Positions 27,985 to 41,327 of a stretch of 64,000 bases of DNA are shown piece by piece. A program made the position numbers and the translations under genes. The stretch covers positions 25,792,001-25,856,000 of the forward strand of contig OX597825.1 of the NCBI GenBank assembly GCA_951406725.2, in the 5' to 3' direction. Within the stretch, counting starts at the first letter, position 1, and each line of letters begins with the position of its first letter. The DNA is from Octopus vulgaris. Its lineage: Eukaryota. The notes beneath the pieces were generated by a model. The model was not told the origin of the DNA and did not search any database. It saw only the letters and a list, made by a program, of their open reading frames with translations.

Positions 27985-29008
27985 GTCAGAAACGTTAGCA
28001 CGCCGGGCGAAATGCGTAGCCGTATTTCGTCTGCCGCTACGTTCTGAGTTCAAATTCCGCCGAGGTCGACTTTGCCTTTCATCCTTTCGGGGTCGATTAA
28101 TTAAGTACCTGTTACGCACTGGAGTCGATGTAATCGACTTAATCCGTTTGTCTGTCCTTGTTTGTCCCCTCTGTGTTTAGCCCCTTATGGGTTGTAAAGA
28201 AACAGGTATTTCGTCTGCCGTTACCTTCTGAGTTCAAATTTCGCCGAGGCCGACTTTGCCTTTCATCCTTTCGGTGTCTATAAAATAAGTACCAGTTGCG
28301 TACTGGATACGATCTAATCGACTGGCCCTCCTCCCCACAAAAAATTTCGGGCCTTGTTCCCAGAGTATAAAAGTTCATTTGCTCCCACTATACTGGCGAC
28401 CTGGCAGGATCGTTAGCACGCCGGGCAAAATGCTTAACCGCATTTCACCTGTCTGCATTTACGTTCAGAGATCAAATTCCGCCGAGGGTGATTTTGTCTT
28501 TCATCATTTCGGTATCGATATAATAAGTACCAGTTCAGCACTTGGGTCGATGTAATCGACTTAACCCCTTTCAACGAATCGCTGGCCTTGTACCAACATT
28601 TATAACCATTATTTGTTCCGACTAACTCATTGATCTGACAGAATAGTTAGCGCGACGGATAAAATGCATAATCGAATTTCTTCCGCGGTTAACTTTATCC
28701 TTCACCTTTTCGGGTTCGGTAAAATAAATATCGGTTAAGTACTGTGGTCGATGTAAAACACTAGCCCCCTTCTCCAAACTTTCAGGCAGTGTGCCCTCAA
28801 TAGAAAGGATTATTTGCTCCGTCTAATAATGTGAGCTGGCAAAATTGTTAGCTCTTCAGAGAAAATGCTTTACGGCATTTCTTCTTGTACATGAAATATA
28901 GAATTCAAATATCTTTCATACACTCGGGGTCGATAAAATAAAGTATCAGTCAAAAAGCGGGGGTAATATAATTGAACTACCAACTCCAATAAAAATAGCT
29001 GGCCTTGT
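27985..29008 (+). mobile_element. Head-to-tail array of five family A SINE copies
   Basis: Units at about 27985-28208, 28206-28376, 28395-28610, 28633-28811 and 28832-29008, each with a variant of ttcggggtcgataaaataagtaccagt. Confidence 0.88.
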
Positions 29009-29664
29009 TTTGAGTCACCACGCTATTAGTTCATATTACGTGAGATCAGCTTTCCTCCTTATTTGTTCACAGTTGTTAAAAATATACTAAACCAAAATGA
29101 TGTCTGGAAAGAACTGTGAAAGAATTAAGCGAGATATCGTGTGGAACTTGTTCTGGTCCTTTGAATGGTGACCACAAAGACTGCTACGACATTAATGCCA
29201 AAATGTTATATCCCAAGTCGACTATCGTTACCGTGATTAACCAGCGGTGGAGTGCAGAGGGTAGATTGGAATGGAAAACAGCTTATCTGCTTCAAAAGAG
29301 GTTCCACGGGCATCCATATATCTTCGTATAGCCATGGTCAACGTTAAACAACAGAGTTAGTACGTGAGAAAGACAACGGTCGTTTTATATGATTTACGTA
29401 TCAATGTATATGTATATCTGTTATATATAGTTTTTGGGTGTCCTAAAATGGATAAATCTTTGAAGGGAAAAATATTTTAGATCTAAGTTACATTGAGAAC
29501 AATATTATGATATATTATGCGATAGTTGCTAAAATTATTCATAATTTCAGAAATCCGCTGGGAATCTTTTGTTTGACGAAGTAGAATCCTTTCTGAATTT
29601 TGAATTTAAATTATTTCAGTATGCTACCGTTTTATTTAATAATCAACAGCCATATATAATCAAC

Positions 29665-29768
29665 ATAGAGAGAGAGAGGGGGGAGTGAGAGAGGTAGACA
29701 GATATAAATGCAAATATATATATTTATACATACATATATATATACATATATATATGTATGTATGTATG

Positions 29769-29824
<56 letters not shown>

Positions 29825-29933
29825 CATACATACATACATACATATATATATGTATATATATATGTATGTATAAATATATATATTTGCATTTATATCTGTC
29901 TACCTCTCTCACTCCCCCTCTCTCTCTCTCTAT
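29665..29933. repeat. About 270-bp near-perfect palindrome centred on (AT)n
   Basis: gagaggggggagtgagagaggtagacagatataaatgcaaata... is mirrored by ...tatttgcatttatatctgtctacctctctcactccccctctc. The same pseudo-ORF start appears on both strands. Confidence 0.92.
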
Positions 29934-29991
29934 ATATATACATACATGTATTGCACTTAAATTCAATACATTTATGTGTTATGTGTGTGTT

Positions 29992-30034
<43 letters not shown>

Positions 30035-30229
30035 ATACTTATACAGAGATCCAATGCATGCACGCACATACATTCAAATAATATATGCATTGTATTCTGT
30101 CACCTTCATTTCCTTTCTGCCTTTGACGTTTGTAACCTTTTGAGATTAACTGTAAAATTCAAAATTCCGTATAATACACATGAATACGTATTAAGTAGAA
30201 CAAGGAAATATATGTTGAATAATAATAAC

Positions 30230-30290
<61 letters not shown>

Positions 30291-30294
30291 GTTA

Positions 30295-30661
30295 AGATCA
30301 CAAGCCACTTAACTGATTGGAAGTGTTATCATGTACATTGATTTGTCCTAGTATAAAAGATGGGCTACACCAAAAATTCTTCTCAATACCACAGATTTGG
30401 CCTTAACCACTTGCGCATGTCTCTTAGTGGCTGATAATATGTGCATCTCTGATCATGAGCAGAAGTAGTGGGGGGAGCATCATAGCCATGTGTTGAGAGG
30501 GATTCTTTGGGGTTTGAATAATTCACCTTTGGAAACAGGGGTTTTCGTTCAACATCCTTAAACAACCCTTATTCAGGGACCTTTTGAGTGGGGTGGGTTA
30601 CTCGATCAGAAGAAAATTCTAACTGGGCCCCACCTGCAAGGTCATGTGCTGTTTATCTTGA
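30295..30661. mobile_element. Interspersed repeat adjoining (TAA)n; same family as 42630-42985
   Basis: Shared sequence ttaactgattggaag...tataaaagatg...ataccacagatttg...gcatcatag.catgtgttgagagg...ccttattcaggg. Confidence 0.75.
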
Positions 30662-31825
30662 GGCTAGCTCTCCATACCCAGCTCTCCATCCAACGGCTCT
30701 TGACAGCAAATGGAGCGCTTGACGAGTGGAATGCACTCCTTCCACAGAAAGCGGAAGAGTAAGCGCACCAGCTTGGTCAACGAGCATACGGGGTGAGGGA
30801 CGATGGTCAAGCGGTAATAGATGACGGATGCGATGTACACATTCGTCACCTCTACTCGACTTTTCAGGGACAGCTTCCTCTCGGTCCATTTCTGGGTGAG
30901 ATCGTCCCAGTATGTGTCGACCTGGAGGTCTGGAATAAACCCGACTCCGAGCAATTTAACGAGATAGTCTGTCCAGCTCCCCACAACTCTTTTGGACGGC
31001 ATGGGCTTGTCTCTCCGGGTACCGAGTTGCCAGCCCACTGATTTTTCCGCGTTCATTTTTGCTCCTGTCACCGCTTAATATTTTTTTAGTGTGTCGCCAA
31101 TCAGGGCTATATGCCTGTGGCTAGACACTATGACGGTGACATCGTTTCCGCGTAAGCACATACACTTCTCCCATGTCCTAGATCATGCAGAACACCTCTC
31201 AAAGCCTCCAGGTTCTTCAGTAATGAAGAGAGAAGAGAGGGCACCCTTGACGGACCGAACAGAAGACGCTGAAAGGTTTCTACATGTGACCATTCACCCA
31301 AGCAACCGAGCAGATGCCGCTGTGCAAAGCAGCGATCCAACTTAGTAAACCAGACCGAATCCGGCTACCCTGAGTACAGCTGCCAAATATTGATGGCAGT
31401 ACCCCACCCACGCCAGCTTCGTTACCTACCCTCTCTATGATGTAGCGCATAAGGTGGAGGTTGTCACGAATAGTCCTGCTTCGGTTGTTTTATGTTTGTG
31501 CCTCGCAAGCTAACCTGTCCACGACATGCGACAACCTCTTGGCTAACACCTTTGCAAAAATCTTCAACTGCATTGAGCAGAGTGATGGGCTTGAAAGTTT
31601 CTATAACTTCCTCCTTGTTTGGGTCCTTTTTCATCAGTGTCACCGCCCCTCGACAAGTAAAAGTGGGAATTCTCCCATTTTTTTGCCAGGTAAGGTAGAC
31701 ATCTGCTAAGAGGCCCGCAAACAAGTCTGGTATTGAAATGTAAAGATCGTGGGGCAGACCATCCAAATCCAGTAATCTGCCTCTCGTATATCTTCATCGC
31801 TTCCTGGATCTTCGCAGTTGTTATC
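30662..31825 (-). mobile_element. Decayed Tx1/L1-clade LINE reverse transcriptase fragment
   Basis: DGLPHDLY, GAVTLMKKD, FKPITLLNA, KIFAKVLAKRL, RTIRDNLHLMR, SVRQGCPL, TGAKMNAEKS, KWTERKLSLKSRVEVTN. Multiple frameshifts. Confidence 0.9.
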
Positions 31826-32020
31826 CTATAAGCACAAGACCTGAAATTTGGGAGAGGAGGATGGTCGATGACATCGGCTCCAGGGTTTAACTGGTACTTA
31901 ATTTATCGACCCCGAAATGATGAAAGGTAAAGTCGACCTATGCGGGATTTGAACTCAGACGGACGAAATACCACTAAACATTTCGCCCAGCGTGCTAACC
32001 ATCCTGCCAGCTCGCCGCCT
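31826..32020 (-). mobile_element. SINE family A
   Basis: Ends ...cgtgctaaccatcctgccagctcgccgcc. Confidence 0.88.
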
Positions 32021-32047
32021 TAATAACAACAATAACAACAATAACAA

Positions 32048-32115
<68 letters not shown>

Positions 32116-32150
32116 TACTACTACTACTACTACTACTACTACAACTACTG

Positions 32151-32229
<79 letters not shown>

Positions 32230-32262
32230 CAATAATAATAAGAGGAAGAATAAGAAGAAGAC
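32021..32262. repeat. (AAC)n/(TAC)n/(TAA)n microsatellite
   Basis: Directly visible. Confidence 0.95.
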
Positions 32263-33169
32263 AAGGAAGGAAAAGAAAAGGAAGTCGAAGAAATGAAAGA
32301 AGATGAAAATGAAGAAGAAAAAGTGAGAGAGAAAAAGTGTAAGAGTTTTGAAAAGCGATAGAAAGAGATAATTCGTTTGTCTTGAAGAAAATTAGTTTCC
32401 ATAAATTTTAGTATTTTTGTAATATAATCCCCCTTTGTATTGTGTGCAGCATCGCTGACTATAAGTTCTCATTGGCGTGTACTTGTCATTAAGAAATTTG
32501 CATCCAAATGAAAGCTAGGATTATGTTATAATCTGCCGTTGCTTATGTTCAGAGCCCCGTTTCGATTATGAATGAAAGAAATGATTTCATCTAGTTTACA
32601 CTAACTAAGATCTAACGCTTTAATATGAATGGATGTTAAAGATTGCTGAGGCCCGTATACCTGTGTATAGTTTATAATACAGATGCAATGTTTATGCCGC
32701 TACCAGAACGTTATAGGTAGATACGGTGAAATATTCTTATCTCGCTGCTAACTCTGTTCAGTGTACATGTCTAATATATTTAACATTCTTATCTTTACTT
32801 TGGCAGGTATTTACTACATGACAGAAAAAACACGCACCTTGTTGTGAATAACAACTTTAAGTGATACGAAATGAAGATCAGCAAAAATAATATGGAAAAA
32901 AAGCTATAAATATAGGATTTTGTGGTTAGTCAGCGCTCTTCGAAATTCTGATAGACAGAACATCTTTTGTGTGCAAAATAGTGCGGATTATCTCTTTATC
33001 TATTATTTAGAAGATAATGTATTTCCATTGAAAACTTACAAGGCCTCCGCAAATGGTATGAAGAAGGCCTTGCTCTCATGAACTGTCATAGATACTAAGA
33101 ACATACTGAACGGGTACTGAGGTCTCTTTTTGGAGACAAGGGGTAAACATGTAATCCCATTCCTCTCAG

Positions 33170-35890
33170 TCATGGTCGGGTCATCGACCACTAAACCGGC
33201 TCGACTCTTGGTTCAGCTTGCTGGATCTTGGGGGAGGGTGAGATCACCTATCAGAACTAAAATCAAGATCTGTTTCGAAAAGGGCATAAAAGCGCTCACC
33301 TTCTCCCTCACCTTCTACTGCGGCAGAATAATTGTGGGTCATTGTGCGTGGGGACCCCATAGGCAAGGAGGTCTCTACCTAAACAAACTCACGCCATTAG
33401 CTGGTTTCATTTTGATCCAGCTTTTCCTTACTATTTTTGTTCTCTGCAAAATCCCAACGGCGATGGGGTAAGGATGGTCGGAGGAGGTTTTGGTGAAACT
33501 AGAAGCTCTTAGTCCGGACCTGCACGTCGGCGGCAGATACAGGAAGGTCAACTTCCTGGGACCCTGATGATAATGAAACGACTCGGTCCTACATCTGCGA
33601 CTGGGCAGGCTTATTTGTGAAGACCTCTGCTCGCTCTGAACAGGGAAGACCCTAAAAAAAGGTGGGCCAAACATCGGATGTCACCACAGAATGCTGGCAG
33701 GGAAGCTGCGTCCTGCAGGACACCCACTGAAACGGTCGAACAACAGAAATTAAATTAATCAAATTAACCATTGGAAAATGGAACTTGTGAACGCTCTTCG
33801 ATCCTCAAAGACATGGAGAGGCCAGAACGTAGAACAGCTCTTGTCGCCAAAGAACTAGCGAGTTTTAACATCAACACCACTACCCTCAGTGAAACACGTC
33901 TATCGGATAAGGAAAAACTGAAGAGATAGATCCAGATTATTCCTTCTTCTAGAAAGAGAAAGAAGAAGGAAAGATAAAAATTCACGGTCTGGTTTTTGCT
34001 TTAAATTCCAAGCTTGTGAAAGAACAGCATCTGAAACCTCCTTCTATCAATGAACGGCTTATGTCACTCCGAATACCGATCTCTGCTACCACCTTTATGA
34101 CACTGATCTCTGTCTACGCACCTACATTTGATGCCAATGACAAAGTGAAAGACACCTAGCAACAGCTGAGTGACCTGATCCTCAATGAACTCCGAAATGA
34201 CAAGCTCCTCCTCCACCAACTCCTCTGGGATTTCAATGCAAGAGTGGGGAGAGCCAACAGACTATGGGAGAATGATATTAAAAAAGGAGTCGGAAACTAC
34301 AATGAAATGGACTCTTGCTCCTTGGCTGGTTGCTGAACTCTCTCTCTCTCTCTTCATTACCAACACCCAATTTCGGTTCCGAAATCGCTTGAAGACCATC
34401 TGGAAGCACCCCAGGTCGAAACACTGGCACTTCTTTGACTACTTCATCGTCCGGCAACGAGTCAAAAGAAAGATTCGCATTAAGCGAACGGCTAACAGTT
34501 CCAGAGTGGTAATTGACATGATCTTTTGTGCTCGACAAATACAACAAAAGAGTAGAGAACAACAAAAACCTCTCTATTTCGTTTTCTATACCTCAAAAAT
34601 GCAATGTAGATGGTCCTCTAACGTCTCTGCTGCCACGATCTGCTCATTTCCTTACCACAGGGATTACATGACGGTATGACTTCAACCGTCTTCGATCAAA
34701 ACCAACTATCTAAAGAATTTCCCATCACTTTAGGATTACAACAAGGATGTGTTTGCGCCCCGATGCTCTTCTCTCTGTACTTTGCAGCAATGTTTCATGA
34801 ACTGATTTCGGACAGTCCAGGAATCAACATTATGTACCGATATGATGGGAAATGTTTGAACCTGCCAAACTGAATTCATGAAGACTGACCAGGAAGCAAA
34901 AGATCACTGAACGGTCTGCCACTTCACTGAACACCTTCAACAGTCGATGAATAATTTCACCAAGCTTACAGTCGGTTGAGCCTAAACGTCAACATCAAAA
35001 TGACAAAAATCCTAGCATAACTCGTTATAAGTCAGGTAACTCCAGACTTCAACATTATCATCTCGGAGACGCCACTTTTCATACTTAAGAAGTTTGTTTG
35101 TGGACAAGTGTACATCGGTAAAGAACGCGGAGAACCGATTAACAGCGACTCATATTGCGTTTGGTGGACTTGCGAAAAGGGTCTTTAAGAATAAAGATCT
35201 GAATCAACTAACAAAACCCGACCATGACTGAAAGGAGCAGTTTACTCCTTGTCTCGCGATCTCCACGGTTGTGAAACCTGGTCTCTACCGAAATGACGCA
35301 AAAAAAAACTAGAGCGATTTGACCCACAAATGCTCCACTCAGTTATGAATATCAAATGAAATGACTATGTGACCGATGTCTCAGTTTTGGAGAGAACGAA
35401 AAGTAGCAGCATCGAGGTCACCAGCCTGGAAGATCATCTGGATTGGGCGGGCCACGTAGCCAGAATGAAACAGATCAGGCTGCCTCGTCAAAGTTTATAT
35501 GGTGAACTTACCACCGGAAGAAGACTCCGTGGTTGTCCCCTCCATCGATACAGGAACCAGCTGAATAAAAGCCTAAGACCGACTGGAATCGATCCCAAAG
35601 CCTGGGAAATTGAAGCTCAGGAGAGGTCCGGTTGGCATAATTCCGCTCCCCTGTGACAAATCATCTTGAAGCTGAACGACAAGGGAAGAAGAAGAGAAAC
35701 GATAAGAAAGAAAATGGAGGCTGCAACAACCAAAGCATCCACGAAGGATCTCTTGTGAACTTTGCAATAGACGCTTCCATGCAAGAATCGGCCTGAATAG
35801 TCATCAGAAGCATAAACACCGACAGAGGGGAAGAAGCGGTCAAGAAATCAAATTAATTAGCGGACACAATAAAATGCCGCCGACGACGAT
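33170..35890 (+). mobile_element. Near-full-length decayed RTE-clade LINE (putative 5'UTR, APE, RT, C-terminal C2H2-like finger) with internal deletions
   Basis: LTIGKWNL, RTALVAKELASFNINTTTLSETRL, ISVYAPT, GDFNARVG, DMIFCARQIQQKSREQQKPLY, GLQQGCVCAPMLFSLYF, WAGHVARM..RLPRQSLYGEL, CELCNRRFHARIGLNSHQKH, short (GAC)n tail. The 5' boundary is uncertain; coding similarity starts near 33760. Confidence 0.9.
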
Positions 35891-37127
35891 TGGACTTTCT
35901 AAAGCCACATAAAGTGTTGTTTGGTGGCGCTAAATCGGGGAACGGGTTAAATCTATCACAAAGAATTGGATGCTACCGAACGAATTCTACCACTATTCGT
36001 CGCAGGAATATGATATCAATACTTGTTTTCATTGGCTGTTCTTATTATCAATACTTGTTTTCATTGGATGTGGAAGAGAATTTTAATGAATAAATTCTAA
36101 ATAATAGCGGATCAATCTGCTGCAGACGAGCTGAAAACAAATATTTTAAAGCTGATGTGTCTTATTTCTGCGATTGTTTTCGCGATGAAACGCCTTGAGA
36201 CTCAATGTGCTCACTCGAAATGCTCGAATTGTACTCTAAAGAACGAAGAGTTATTAAACCCTAGATCCACAATGGCTGTATAAACGAAGGGATGGCCACA
36301 AGAAGAACGCCATCGTTGTTGTGACTATTGAGTAAGTGATACTTCTAATCATCTATATAGTCACCGCATAAATTAGATAAATGCCAAAGCTGATTTGCAT
36401 AAACAAAAATAAAAATATTTAAATCGATTATTGAATTTGTAAAACTAAAATCTCTTTTATTTCTTGCCAGGAATATCAATTAAGAGATTGCTAATCTCAT
36501 TAGCGTAATGAGAATACTGAATAGGACTTTTGGGTATCATATCTTGCCAATATTCACTTCTGAACAGAGACAAAAAAAAAAAAAGGAAAAGAAGAAGAAT
36601 CTACTTTTAGATATCGAAATCATGTTGCAAACACCGACAAACTGGTAATCTACCACAGACTGAATTAATCGATATATTTCATCAACAAATATCAACAGTC
36701 GATGTAAATCTTAATATAACTTCATTGCTGAATATGATTTTTTAAATAAATTTGAATGTTAATCTAAAACTATTTAACTTGTTCATGGCCCGAGGAAGAT
36801 ATCAGCAACTGAAGGTTGGGCGGGGCGGGTGGTGTGATTATATCTTCACTGATACGACTTTGGTCATTTGAAATAAGAGTCAGAATCTGCTTGAGATATT
36901 GGACAATATGATTAGAGATCTGGTGCCGAGTAATTGAAATGGTATATCCATATCTCCCAAAAGAGATTAAATGAAACCTGTAGTCCATTTCAAATTCAGT
37001 TGTATTGCAGCACTCGCATCACCCAGTCTGTAGTATCTAAGAATTTAGCATCTTACAAATTCTTCTTCTATACTGTACCTATAATGCTCAAACGTCCTTC
37101 TGAGTATATAAGAATATATACAAATAC

Positions 37128-37196
<69 letters not shown>

Positions 37197-38724
37197 TCTT
37201 GTGTGAGCATGTATATGTTAAACAAAATGAGACAACAAAGCCAAGGCAGTGTGAAATTTCTTGGATATTTATATGAAGAAAGATTGTTTCTTGGATATTA
37301 GGGATATCCTTTTATCAGAGACGATATGAGAGGGTAAGAGTAGAGTTCAATATCGGAGTTATTTTGGAAATGGGTGGGGGGATATATGATGCATAAAGTT
37401 GCTGTTCCATTATCCGAGGATGTGTTGTGTAGAATGCGTAGAAAGGTTTCCTGTGCCATCGTATGTGAATTCCTATAGGAGTTCATATTTCGTTATTACG
37501 AATGGATAGTGTGGAGACATAAATTCCATGTGCTGTTCATTCAAAGTGGTCGTGTGGTGTGAATGAAATACCAAATACGAACTTTTTTGCGAACAACGTA
37601 AGGAACAAATGGCAAAACAAGTAACATAAAAACGACCCTTCATCATTTGTCGGCTGTTTATCTACTCCACATTTCAAGCAGGTGTTATGCGCGTGTGTGT
37701 TACAGAGATAAGATTAAACTTCATAAATCTAAATACTCTAGAGGTATTACATGAGTTTCATATACACCCATACATATTGCTAATTTTTCTCCATGCCATG
37801 GTATAATCTTCAACATGAAATATGGAATATTAAGTGTTTGCCGCTCCAACTGGATTATATTTGAATCACTCAATACAAAAAGAAATAATAAAAAATCGTT
37901 ATCTGGAATTTCGTTCCGGAAACGAACAATAATCCAAGGTCACGTCAAAAATTCTGCGCTCTAGCGGCAACATTGCGTATGTCTTCAAGATTGTGTCCCA
38001 AAGAGACTTGCTATGCTTTAAAGACAACTATATTTCGTGGTACTGAAATTTCTGTTCGTGTAAATATATTTAGCGGTTGTCAAACTGACATATAGATGCA
38101 AATTGCTTTGCCCATTTGTTAATATTCCAGCATTGTAGCTGTACGTTGTGATTTCTCTGCAGAGATACTGTAATTAGCATACTCGTCTCACGACGGTTAA
38201 GATTTCTGTGAAATACTGATGAAATATATCTAAGAAGCTGTCATGAAAAATTGAAGTATGATTCTAATATGGTTTCAACAGCAAGAATATTTAAGTTAAT
38301 GAACAATAATAAAATAAAGCAAAGACGGAAAAGTGTACCAAAAGTAGTTTTTGATAAGAAATAACAAAGAATTGAAAAATTCCTGCAACAATATATAAAA
38401 CAATTGAATCCAAAACCACACGAAATTGAACAAAATAGGAACATTCTTACAAAAGCAGTTAGCAAAGATAATAACTAGTTTCGGAATGAATGTAAGGAAA
38501 AATTGAAGACAAATCTACAAGTGAATGTGAATAATTCATAAATAATAGAGTTGGATATTATAGAGAAGAAATATCTTGAGAAGATCGTAATATTCAGATT
38601 GTTGCATAAAATTGTAAGATGGAAAAAACGTAACAATCACTATCACTCAACAGGAAAGGTAATAGCGTGTGAAATTATTGTAGTGAAAATCATATACATA
38701 TGATATATTGATAAATAGCATTAG

Positions 38725-38767
<43 letters not shown>

Positions 38768-38809
38768 TACATATACATACGCACTTAAAGACGCGATAAC
38801 GCACATTTA

Positions 38810-39115
<306 letters not shown>

Positions 39116-39599
39116 TATGTCCATATTCATATAATTCGTCTGAGGAAGTCTCTACATTATGTCGTTGCTTGATGTGCTTGAAACAGTAGTCAAATCTTCC
39201 TTAAATAGCATTCATCTGTCTAAAAGCAGAAAGGTCAAATGGTAAACTCTGCTATCAGCAGAGGTACATTTCCTCTCATGTCCTTGTACATCAGTCCTAC
39301 CATTCCACGTCCAGTACAATTGAGAGTAATCGTGTCAATCCATTCTTCCAAATATTTAGACATACCTGAGATATAGTCCGGAAGTACATAGATGACTTCT
39401 ATGTTTGTCCACGAAACATCCTGTTATGATTTGTGTTATCCCATCCTTTCCTTCACATGGTAGGACCATTGAATGCTTTGTTTCTCCGTTGTGCGTGCGA
39501 GTGGTCACCTTTGCTGGGATACCTAGAATAGAATGTTATGCGCATACCTTGAACCTATTTCAACCAAATATTTATTATTTTCTAGTAAGGAAAAAGTAA

Positions 39600-39846
39600 C
39601 AGTTACCTTCTCAGTCCTGTTGAATCACAAGGGCCGGTTTCCGAATTCTTGGCGTATGAATTCCCCACCTGGACAGGATGCCGTCTATCGCAGGAATACT
39701 CAGTTTTGCCAGCTGAGTGGACTGGAGCAACATGAAATGAAGTGCTTTGCTCAAGAACATAACGTGTCACACCGGACAAGGAATCTAAACCAGAATCTTA
39801 CAATCACGAGACCAACACCCTAATCATTAAACCATGCACATCCACA
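39600..39846 (-). mobile_element. Old tRNA-derived SINE (family D)
   Basis: Minus strand carries a tRNA-like head, then ttcttgagcaaagcacttcatttc..ttgctccagtccactcagctg and a tail shared with 48280-48564. Confidence 0.7.
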
Positions 39847-40449
39847 CTACTTTCTAGTACTTGTCAGTTGTTGCCTTTTGATAGGGTCCGTGAAACTAAA
39901 CAAGATACTTGCTTCGTATTGCCAATGCGCTGAGATTTTGATATTTTCGTTCGTTGGGAGCAACAATTTTCATTTCTAAACACTTGAGAAACATTCTACA
40001 TTTTTTCTTGCTCTCATTCCTGCATAGTTTTGTATTTTGTCTTATCTAAATCTTGATAAAATTGTTTTGGAATGAAGTGAAATTGATTGTTATATCACAA
40101 GCAATACTCCTTCCTTAATAGTGACAAATTCTTCGCGACGTAGCGAAGACATCTAGTCTTTCAATTGTTCTCTCTGTATTTGTGCTCTTTTAGCTATGGA
40201 TAGCATTAAAGATTCAAAGGTATTATCTTTTATGTCTATCCCTTGCAATAAGATAATTATTCAAGTTTCTTGGGCTCTCATGCACCTGCAAGACAAGATT
40301 TTGAGGATAATCTGCATATTTTGTATCGCCAAGTGCTACTTCATATATTCTTTTGTATCTCAGTTATATTGGGGCTAGAACCCTTTTCAATTAAGTGTAC
40401 GATGTCCAATTTAAGTTTGTTATTGCTATGAATATTATCTAGATAATGA

Positions 40450-40660
40450 AGTTAGCTGGGAGAATCGTTAGTACACAGGACAACTGCAAAACTGCTTTTC
40501 ATGTTTTTACGTTCTGAGTTAAAATTCTGCTCAAGACGACTTTACCTTTCATCGTTTGAGGGTCGATGAAATAGGTACCAGTTGAGTAATGGATTTCGAT
40601 ATAATTGACCAGCTCTTCCTACAAAATAAATTCTTCTACGCAAGGTAGAAAAAGATTATT
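40450..40660 (+). mobile_element. Old SINE family A copy
   Basis: agctgggagaatcgttagtac...gttctgagttaaaattc...ggtcgatgaaataggtaccagtt. Confidence 0.75.
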
Positions 40661-40818
40661 GTTTTCTTGATACTCTTTCAGCCGTTATTCCTCAATGAAT
40701 GGAAGCATATCTACCAAATTAAATTATCAACCTATGTCTTCAGAAATATTTCCACATTCCTTTTAATAATAATTTTATTTTGATTTCTTAACATTCGGCC
40801 TAAGTTTTCCTTAGATAT

Positions 40819-40923
<105 letters not shown>

Positions 40924-40926
40924 TTA

Positions 40927-41327
40927 GGTGCAGGTTTGGCCGCGTGGTAAGAAACTTGCTTCTCAACCACATGGTTCCGAGTTCAGTCCCACTGCGTAGC
41001 ACCTTGGGCAACTGTCTCCTGCTATAGCCTCAGGTCGACCAAAGCCTTGTGAGTGGATTTGGCAGACGGAAACTAAAAGAATCCCGTCGTATATATATAT
41101 ATATGTGTGTTATGTGTGTATGTATGTATTTGTGTGTCTGTGTTTGTCTCCCCATACCGATGTTGGTGTATTTATGTCCCAATAACTGAGCGGTTCAGCA
41201 ATAGAGACCGATAGAATAAGTACTAGGCTTACAAAGAATAAATCCTGGGGTCGATTTCTTCCAATAAAGGCGGTGCTCCAGCAAGGCCGCAGTCACAAGA
41301 CTGAAACAAGTAATAGAATAAAAGAAT
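40927..41327 (+). mobile_element. SINE family B, full length
   Basis: Collinear with 6418-6873. Confidence 0.92.

Noticed and set aside
27985-29008. Repeat-spacer periodicity superficially like a CRISPR array
   Set aside because: The units are ~200-bp SINE copies in eukaryotic DNA and there are no cas genes.
36013-36067. 22-bp direct repeat tatcaatacttgttttcattgg (a similar short duplication lies at 26195-26250)
   Set aside because: Ordinary slippage duplication.
37620-37680. Minus-strand AUGAUGAAGGG resembling a hammerhead core
   Set aside because: No correctly placed GAAA or stems could be identified.
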